Position numbers and translations under genes: made by a program. The notes beneath the pieces are model-generated. The model saw only the letters and a program-made list of their open reading frames with translations, ran no database searches and was not told the DNA's origin. This document shows, piece after piece, positions 9,664-16,186 of a stretch of 32,000 nt of DNA. Numbering within the stretch: the first letter of the stretch is position 1; every line of letters begins with the position of its first letter. The stretch is from NCBI GenBank assembly GCA_964589775.1, contig CAZPUN010000056.1, forward strand, positions 1-32,000, read 5' to 3'. Source of the DNA: an uncultured archaeon (GTDB lineage: Archaea; Asgardarchaeota; Thorarchaeia; Thorarchaeales; CAZPUN01).

Positions 9664-10599
9664 ATGTTTGTTGATAGCAAAATACAATCAGTATATATAT
9701 TTGAGAAATCCGGAATGACTTTGTTTTCATATGGATCAGATGTAGATCCACTGCTATTAACAAACCTATTAAGTGCCTTCGATACGTTCGGAGATTCTCT
9801 ATTCGGGCGGCCTACAAAAATAATAAGCTACGGCGACAAAAACATAATTATCGCAAGGAAAGATAAATATGCAGTAGCTTTAGTAGCAAATGAGAGCTCT
9901 AAAAATTTGGAAATATTAGCTCAAATAATTCTGGGCCGCTTTTTGTCAAAGTATATCACAAAATTGAATAGTTGGGACGGATTTGAAAATACATTTATGG
10001 ATTTCAATGATGAATTAGAAATAATTCTCCAGCAGGCAACCATAGATTTCTCAAAAAATAAAGTAGATGGTTCTATATATTCAGAAAACATAATTCAAAA
10101 ACTTGGAGATAATTTTGCTTCAATTTTGTGGGCGTATTTAGTAGGAGTACCAATTATAGTAATAGGAGACAACAAAGAACAACTTAGAGAATTCATTCAT
10201 GGTATTTCAGATTTATTCAATAACAAAATAGATGTGATTTATTGTAAAGAACCGGAACACGTAAATGAATTAGTATCAGGACAAAAGGCAAGGGTAATTA
10301 TCGGCACTAGCACGAATATCGAGCCTATGGATACTGCAATATTCGTAGAAATAAATGGAAAAATAAATCGCCATGTAAATATAGAATATTTAATGGAAAC
10401 AACTAAATACTTGAAAAGATTTGATAATTTTAGTGAAATTAAAGAATTCATAGAGTATCGTATTAAGTTCTTATCGCACATAAGAGCATTCTTAGAAAAT
10501 GAACATCTTCTGGGATCAACAAATATAGAAAAAGCCGCAAGAATTACTTCACTATCCGAAGAAACAATTAAATTAATAAATCAAATGATATCCGAATAA
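9664..10599 (+). CDS. longin-like N-terminal domain plus DENN-like central domain (Asgard-type eukaryotic signature protein)
   Basis: VYIFEKSGMTLFSY...DPLLLTNLLSAFDTF (archaeal longin/roadblock-like pattern), then ILWAYLVGVPIIVIG...FIHGISDLF resembling the cDENN helix-strand-helix. Confidence 0.6.
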   Translation: MFVDSKIQSVYIFEKSGMTLFSYGSDVDPLLLTNLLSAFDTFGDSLFGRPTKIISYGDKNIIIARKDKYAVALVANESSKNLEILAQIILGRFLSKYITKLNSWDGFENTFMDFNDELEIILQQATIDFSKNKVDGSIYSENIIQKLGDNFASILWAYLVGVPIIVIGDNKEQLREFIHGISDLFNNKIDVIYCKEPEHVNELVSGQKARVIIGTSTNIEPMDTAIFVEINGKINRHVNIEYLMETTKYLKRFDNFSEIKEFIEYRIKFLSHIRAFLENEHLLGSTNIEKAARITSLSEETIKLINQMISE

Positions 10600-10713
10600 A
10601 TAGGGTAGAACTTATAAAGGAAAACAAGCGCAAAGAGAAACATATTAAAAGGGTTTCATTTCATAAAATCCTAGAAAGAAAATAAAATTGTCCAGATTAG
10701 AAAGGTGATATAA

Positions 10714-10998
10714 GTGAGCAATATTGTTGAAACACTAAAGGCGCACTCAAGCCTTATAAAAATAGAAATAATTCTGTTCATTACTCTTCTATTCTTAGGT
10801 GCTGTTTTTGGCATACCACCTGCCATGGAAATCGTGCATCCCGAATATTTCAATGCTACAAATGTCGAAGACTTACATATGACAATGGGCATGCTGAGAG
10901 ATGCATTTCTTTACGTACTTCCATATATAATTCTCTTAAACGTAATAATCTTAATTATCCCATTCCTATACAAGAAGATCACAGAGCGCATGCTATAA
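10714..10998 (+). CDS. small membrane protein (2 TM)
   Basis: GTG start with AGGTGA RBS; two hydrophobic helices; GGTGG-CTAGA-CCACC hairpin just downstream (11015-11029). Confidence 0.7.
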   Translation: MSNIVETLKAHSSLIKIEIILFITLLFLGAVFGIPPAMEIVHPEYFNATNVEDLHMTMGMLRDAFLYVLPYIILLNVIILIIPFLYKKITERML

Positions 10999-11287
10999 TT
11001 AAAATGAAATTATGGTGGCTAGACCACCTCACAACTATTTTTTGATTAAGATATTAACAGTCATATAAAAGACCGCCAAATATCATTGAATAGTTTCGGA
11101 TTACTCTCTCCGATTCGTACTTGTCAGATTTAGTGAATAATACGTTTCAGAAAATACTTTGTTAATTCGTCTAGTATTGTTTTTTGAATACCGGGAGGTC
11201 ACGAAAATGTTAAGATTTAGAAATTCAAAAATAATTATTAACGAAATTGCAAAATTTGTAAAAATGACAGTATATTTTTATGATTTC

Positions 11288-11305
11288 GATACTTTTATAA
11301 GTATC
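11288..11305 (+). promoter_or_regulatory. TATA box inside an operator-like inverted repeat
   Basis: GATACTT-TTAT-AAGTATC palindrome covering TTTTATAA, about 30 nt upstream of the AGGTGA RBS of the 46-aa ORF. Confidence 0.5.
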
Positions 11306-11338
11306 AATTACAATATTTAAAATTGATAGGTGATTATA

Positions 11339-11479
11339 ATGTCAAAAGTATTAAAGCACACTAGTACATTCATGGAAGGGGTACATGCGTTAGCATTACT
11401 ATACGATCTTGTAGAAAATGATGCCATGCCCACGCCTGAAGAAGCAGAAGTTGTAAGAATATTATATTCAGCTTCCTAA
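11339..11479 (+). CDS. unannotated 46-aa small protein MSKVLKHTSTFMEGVHALALLYDLVENDAMPTPEEAEVVRILYSAS
   Basis: TATA box at 11293-11300, RBS AGGTGA at 11328-11333, ATG 11339, TAA 11477-11479, then CTTTCTTTTCTTT; more GC-rich than its flanks. Confidence 0.7.
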   Translation: MSKVLKHTSTFMEGVHALALLYDLVENDAMPTPEEAEVVRILYSAS

Positions 11480-11650
11480 ACCTTTCTTTTCTTTAATATG
11501 ATAAAGAATAATATAGTTTTCATATCTATGTATTATACGTCCTTTTTAGAGCTTATATAACACATTAAATATGTACGTAATTTCCATGTCTCACTACATT
11601 TTAATTAGTCTTTTTGCAACCTTATGGATAACGTTAGAATCTATTTGAGA

Positions 11651-11921
11651 ACTAACGTTTACTCGCTATCGCAAACACACCCGTTAGAAAAACAAACATT
11701 TACTCAGGGCAGCAGGTCAGCTCTGACAGCCACTTTAAGATCAGATTTGCGAATTTACCCGACCCAAAATTCGTGAATCCTAAAAGTGAGTTGTCTGGTA
11801 GTAAATGTTTCTCCCGGCGACCCAGCCTGCTGCCCATCAATTACGAATCAAACGTGTACTCTATGATTAAAATTCGTGATATAAGTTAATCACATTTAAT
11901 GTTGAAGGTAAACGTTTACTC
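11651..11921. repeat. left cluster of AAC(G/A)TTTACTC motifs (5 copies)
   Basis: 11651-11664 ACTAACGTTTACTC, 11692-11705 ACAAACATTTACTC, 11799-11812 reverse AGAAACATTTACTA, 11848-11861 TCAAACGTGTACTC, 11908-11921 GTAAACGTTTACTC. Confidence 0.8.
11707..11835. ncRNA. putative structured ncRNA (or ssDNA hairpin element), ~130 nt, unknown family
   Basis: Closing stem GGGCAGCAGG(T)/(G)CCTGCTGCCC; nested GACAGCCACTTT/AAAGTG-A-GTTGTC and GATTTGCGAATTT/AAATTCGTGAATC; on the minus strand a BRE-TATA-like CACGAA-TTTTAATC upstream and TTTGTTTTT downstream. Confidence 0.6.
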
Positions 11922-12164
11922 GAATAATAGGATAACTTTATGGAGTTTAATTAAATATATATTTTATAGTATAAATATTTATTTAATATTAATATTTCTG
12001 ATGACACATTTACAAAACTCACGTAGCATTTACCTTCAAATGAGTCGATGATTTCAAATTATTAAGATTTCAAAAATGTAAATTTAGAACAAGATTTCGA
12101 AGTGTTAATATACACAAGTATAGAAGATCCATAAAAGAATTAAGGAACTCAATCTGTAATTAAA

Positions 12165-12863
12165 ATGGAGACCTATACTATGTCTTCGGAATTATATCCT
12201 GACGATTTCTTAGACGCACAAATGAGTTTCACTATGCCAACACGAAAATTCATGTATGAACGAATAGGAATTCAGAAATCACACAGAGTATTGGATCTGG
12301 GATGTAATAGAGGATCAATCATGAGTGAATTAAAGAGGTATACAGATTTTGTATTCGGGATAGATTTAGATTTCGAAAGTTTGGAGAGAAATCCGAATAG
12401 ATCTTCAACTGCAAATGCCAGCGTTTTACAAATTCCATTTATGGATAGCACATTTGATGTTGTTGTTGATCATTATACTCTATTATGGTCTGGAAACTAT
12501 GAAGTGGCGATTAATGAAATCATACGAGTGCTAAAAGCAGGAGGGTTTTTTATTTCTATTGAGCCGGACTATTCAGGGCGTATTGAGGGAAGTTTGGAAT
12601 ATGAGCCAGCGGAACCAAAAACTAAACTACCAATTGTTGATGCTCTGATCAATGCGGGCGCAGATCCATTTATCGCCAATAAGATGATTATGTATCTCAG
12701 GCGGAAAGGCATTTACATGGAGTTCGGAGTTTTATCATGGAATTACAATCCGTCGCAAATGCTTTTTGAAATTCAGAGCGAAAGAAAAATGACAAAGGAA
12801 CGAATTGAAAAACAATTTTTCACATATACGCCGACATTTTGGATAATTGGGAAAAAATTATAA
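12165..12863 (+). CDS. class I SAM-dependent methyltransferase (Methyltransf_11-like)
   Basis: VLDLGCNRG, GIDLD, IPFMDSTFDVV, EIIRVLKAGG; true start may be ATG 12180, which follows GGAG. Confidence 0.88.
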   Translation: METYTMSSELYPDDFLDAQMSFTMPTRKFMYERIGIQKSHRVLDLGCNRGSIMSELKRYTDFVFGIDLDFESLERNPNRSSTANASVLQIPFMDSTFDVVVDHYTLLWSGNYEVAINEIIRVLKAGGFFISIEPDYSGRIEGSLEYEPAEPKTKLPIVDALINAGADPFIANKMIMYLRRKGIYMEFGVLSWNYNPSQMLFEIQSERKMTKERIEKQFFTYTPTFWIIGKKL

Positions 12864-13703
12864 AACGTTCGGCTTACCGTGTTTCGCCAATTGATCCAGC
12901 AAGTAGACAAACTTTGCAAACCATATATCATATTTTGCGATTTGATAAACAGGAGTTAGTCTATCGATTCGCTTGCTGAAATAGAGTGTAACATCGCCGC
13001 GCATCACTTGACTCTTTTCCTCTTCGAACTTGAAAACGAACTCGGTTCCGGGACCACTAATTTCAAGTCCATACGATTCAAATATCTTAAATGGAGCTGT
13101 AAATCGATATGTAAAGTTTCGATTTCTCTGAGGATAGGGGTTTATCTTAATTGAAGGAGACAAAAAGCTAACAAAAGCAAAATAACCCTTTCGATAGGTT
13201 GGAACAATTTCTTTTTCAATAATGGGCATCAGAAACTTCCTATATGGTACTTTTTCATGATAGCCTACGAAATCTCCACATATACCCTGGAAAAGAACAT
13301 AGTTCAACTCCTTTTTGCGAGGCGAAACGGATAACACAAATTCATCATCCGGAACACTGATAGGCTTAAAGTTTGTTGCCTTATTTGGACCCTTTTGCTC
13401 AAAATGTGGCACACAAACCATTGGTAAGGGATTCCCGTTTTCTTCACGGCTTGCGAAAATTTTACGGATCTTGGGATTGTCCACATAAATAGTTAAAACT
13501 AATTCCCTAAGGTCTGAAACCTCATTTTCAACCTCGGAAATCAATTCAAAAATGTCCATTTCAGATGCATTTGTGAGACCTAAAATATCATACAAACTGA
13601 TCTCTTCAGAGAATTCATAAGATAACAAGCTAGACAAAGCCTGAAGGTACTCATCACTAACATGTGGAATTCTTACATCAAGTGTAGATCTATACTCGCT
13701 CAT
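12858..13703 (-). CDS. hypothetical protein (acidic helical N-terminus, beta-rich C-terminus)
   Basis: 281-aa ORF; no motif recognised. Confidence 0.75.
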   Translation of the reverse strand: MSEYRSTLDVRIPHVSDEYLQALSSLLSYEFSEEISLYDILGLTNASEMDIFELISEVENEVSDLRELVLTIYVDNPKIRKIFASREENGNPLPMVCVPHFEQKGPNKATNFKPISVPDDEFVLSVSPRKKELNYVLFQGICGDFVGYHEKVPYRKFLMPIIEKEIVPTYRKGYFAFVSFLSPSIKINPYPQRNRNFTYRFTAPFKIFESYGLEISGPGTEFVFKFEEEKSQVMRGDVTLYFSKRIDRLTPVYQIAKYDIWFAKFVYLLDQLAKHGKPNVL

Positions 13704-13759
13704 ACGACAATTATTGTTCTTTTCATAAATTAAGTTACCTAATCATACATTTATATTGA

Positions 13760-13803
13760 ATAAAAATAAAGAGTAAAGGGAAACGTCGATACGACGTACT
13801 CCC
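13760..13803 (-). terminator. hairpin plus U-tract terminator downstream of the 14126-13839 gene
   Basis: Minus strand reads GGGAG-U-ACGUCG UAU CGACGU-UUCCC followed by UUUACUCUUUAUUUUU. Confidence 0.55.
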
Positions 13804-13838
13804 AAGATATTACAGTATCCCCATATGATTCAATGAAC

Positions 13839-14126
13839 TTAAGAACCAGCCATTTTTTGGCGATAGTCTCCTCGGAATCGCTCGTCCATCTGATTTAACT
13901 CATCAATAAATCTTTCCAATGGCTTTGCACGCTCATAAACGCGTTCCAAGTTTAGATCCCGTACTTTTATTATTGCTTTAGAATCTCGTAGGTATACATA
14001 AATACCTCCAAGACCCAAACTATGCTTCATATATGCTACTTCTCGTGAATCCTTTACTCTATAGAATCCTTTTCTTCTTAACATTCTGCTAAACATTTTT
14101 CTTGGTGGCCTCCCGGCAATCGCCAC
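13839..14126 (-). CDS. small basic hypothetical protein (possible nucleic-acid binding)
   Basis: 95 aa, R/K-rich N-terminus (GRPPRKMFSRMLRRKGFYRVK); GTG start without an RBS, so the start is uncertain. Confidence 0.7.
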   Translation of the reverse strand: MAIAGRPPRKMFSRMLRRKGFYRVKDSREVAYMKHSLGLGGIYVYLRDSKAIIKVRDLNLERVYERAKPLERFIDELNQMDERFRGDYRQKMAGS

Positions 14127-14135
14127 TTTTTTTGT

Positions 14136-14201
14136 TTGCCGCGCATAGCGTACGCTAAGAGGAAATATTAATGACTCTGCTCACGACGCAAAGCGAGGCA
14201 A
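14136..14201 (-). promoter_or_regulatory. multi-stem structured 5' leader (cis-regulatory RNA candidate)
   Basis: UUGCCUCGC/GCGCGGCAA closing stem (1 mismatch), CUUUGC/GCAGAG hairpin (G-U pair on minus strand), UAGCGUACGCUA palindrome; TTTATTA box ~23 nt upstream. Confidence 0.5.
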
Positions 14202-14436
14202 GTATAATTGTATGAATTTGCCCTAATAAATATTTAGTAAGGATTTATCATACACGTATGTAATAGAATTACAACTCGCTTAACAATCAAATTATTACTC
14301 ATTATGCATATTTTATAGATATTTGCAAATCTTGTAAAATATATATAAATAAAATTCATATTTTCAAAGAAAAAAATGTGAAAATGTTAATAAAATTAAA
14401 TTAAAAATGATTTTGGCGCCTAAATTTTCAAGCGTA

Positions 14437-14495
14437 TCTAACGTTTACTTTGGTAAACGTTCATTTTTTTTGACATATTTAGAGTAAACGTTCAT
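14437..14495. repeat. right cluster of AACGTTTAC(T/C) motifs (3 copies)
   Basis: 14437-14450 TCTAACGTTTACTT, 14451-14464 reverse ATGAACGTTTACCA, 14482-14495 reverse ATGAACGTTTACTC. Confidence 0.8.
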
Positions 14496-14564
14496 TTCAT
14501 TTGAAGGGATCATCTGAACAGAACTCAATGCATTCAGAACAAATAAAAAAGAAAATTTTGAAAA

Positions 14565-15470
14565 TCACTGTGGGTTCATGATAAATCCTTGCTTTTCAAG
14601 ATAATCACGTAGTGCCTTTTGACTATTTATGGAAAGTGGAATTGATAACCATTGTTGCTCTTTTGGGTCAATTTGAATAGAAGACAAGACTTCTTCCAAG
14701 GAAAGAGTATTAATTCCATCTGAGTGCCCATTTCGAATATAAAATATCGGAACCAAGAATTTTGGATTATTTCCCATACTACGTCTCCATAATTTGAGAT
14801 ATCTTGCTGCCCTTAGCATTCTATAGATTTGTAAAAATACCTGATTTACTTTTCGATTCTTTATTTCAAAGATATAAATGGTATCATTGTCGAATGATAC
14901 GACATCTAATTCAAACATGAAGTTGTATTTTCTTCTTTCGATTCTCAAAATGCAATAATTCCTATAAATAGGTAATGGCCAAACACGTTTAAGTTGATTT
15001 ACAAGCGGGATTTCGTATACGGATTGATCATTAACACGATGATTACTCACATAGAGAATTTTCTGTCGCTTCTTCTTAATTGTTAAAATATAATGATATT
15101 TGCCAGGAATTTTTGGTATTCGTCTATCGTGCCATACTTCTTTGCGAGTACGTTTTTGTTTTCTGATATATAAGTCGCGTTCTCTAAAAATATCCTCTAT
15201 GATGCCTATCAAAGGAATAAGAGGATATGTTGAGACAATCCTCTCCAATGTATTTAATACTGCAAGTTGATCCATTGGTTTGAAGTTATTATACATACGT
15301 TCATGAATTGCATTCAAAATTCTTTTGAATAGATCTGTCCTGCGGACTATCAATCTAAAACGGCCAATATCAATCACTATATTTTCAAAGCTTTGGTAGG
15401 CTTTGAAATGTTTCGTTTCAATATATGCATTCACAATATAATTGAGAAGGTTTTGATACCCCCGAACCAT
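14565..15470 (-). CDS. very basic PD-(D/E)xK superfamily nuclease (NERD/Hjc/YraN-like catalytic domain) with unknown N-terminal region
   Basis: YE..L...L helix, FELDVV, IFEIK, then LQIYR: a complete E-D-ExK-Q set; R/K-rich middle region. Confidence 0.7.
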   Translation of the reverse strand: MVRGYQNLLNYIVNAYIETKHFKAYQSFENIVIDIGRFRLIVRRTDLFKRILNAIHERMYNNFKPMDQLAVLNTLERIVSTYPLIPLIGIIEDIFRERDLYIRKQKRTRKEVWHDRRIPKIPGKYHYILTIKKKRQKILYVSNHRVNDQSVYEIPLVNQLKRVWPLPIYRNYCILRIERRKYNFMFELDVVSFDNDTIYIFEIKNRKVNQVFLQIYRMLRAARYLKLWRRSMGNNPKFLVPIFYIRNGHSDGINTLSLEEVLSSIQIDPKEQQWLSIPLSINSQKALRDYLEKQGFIMNPQ

Positions 15471-15637
15471 GATAAGCCCTCAAATTTATTTTTTGTATAT
15501 GTATATATAAGCTAATAAATAATATAAGATTTTTTATCAAAAATTTTGCAAAAAATGTAATAGTTACCACATTGCACGAAATAATATAATTTAAAAGCAA
15601 TTGCGGATTTATTTCGTGTAAGTTTTGGTGATGACCA

Positions 15638-16186
15638 ATGGATATCTGGACAGACCTTATAAATGGCATTCGAAACGCGTTAGGACCATGGGCATATCCT
15701 CCACTCTCAGCCATCTTAATTATGTTCATAAGTTTAGCAATAAGTCTCACTTCGATATTTGCACTGAAGAAGATGACGAACTTTGAGGAATTACAAGAAA
15801 AGATGAAAATTGTATATGAATTTCAAGATATGGTGAAGCAAGCGCGTAAGACCATGGACCCTGAATTATTAGCTGAGATTCAATCGCGTCAGGGTGAAGT
15901 TATGAGGATTCAGGGTGAAGTTATGAAAGCTCGTATGAAGCCAAGTCTGTATTTCTTCATTCCGTTCCTGTTGATCTTTACGATTTTCCGCGAGGTATTT
16001 CAAACCCCTGTAGCATATCTTCCTGTGAACCTGTACAAAATACCGATATTGAACATGTTAAATTTGGGTATTCCAACACCATATGGTATTGGATTTCATT
16101 TCTGGGCATGGTATTTGATAGCTGGTTTTGGAATTAATTTGATCTTACAAAAAATAACGGGTACAGGAATGGAGATGCCACACTAA
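15638..16186 (+). CDS. EMC3/TMCO1 (DUF106) family Oxa1-superfamily membrane insertase
   Basis: TM1, cytosolic coiled coil, MKPSLYFFIPFLLIF, LPV, FWAWYLI...QKITG. Confidence 0.85.
   Translation: MDIWTDLINGIRNALGPWAYPPLSAILIMFISLAISLTSIFALKKMTNFEELQEKMKIVYEFQDMVKQARKTMDPELLAEIQSRQGEVMRIQGEVMKARMKPSLYFFIPFLLIFTIFREVFQTPVAYLPVNLYKIPILNMLNLGIPTPYGIGFHFWAWYLIAGFGINLILQKITGTGMEMPH

Noticed and set aside
11707-11835. 5S rRNA, tRNA, SRP RNA, RNase P RNA or C/D-box sRNA
   Set aside because: It lacks the 5S loop C CCGAAC, the tRNA T-loop, SRP helix 8 and RNase P GAGGAAAGUCC. CUGA boxes are present on the minus strand but there is no RUGAUGA C box.
11651-11921. CRISPR or mini-array interpretation of the repeated motif
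   Set aside because: The repeats are only 11-14 bp, irregularly spaced and in mixed orientation, and there are no cas genes.
13839-14126. HicA toxin call for the 95-aa protein
   Set aside because: The LRRKGF start is suggestive, but the catalytic GSH motif and a HicB partner are absent.
11600-14500. Canonical archaeal oriC
   Set aside because: No TTCCAGTGGAAAC-type ORB with a G-string and no orc1/cdc6 gene in the window; only a non-canonical role remains open.
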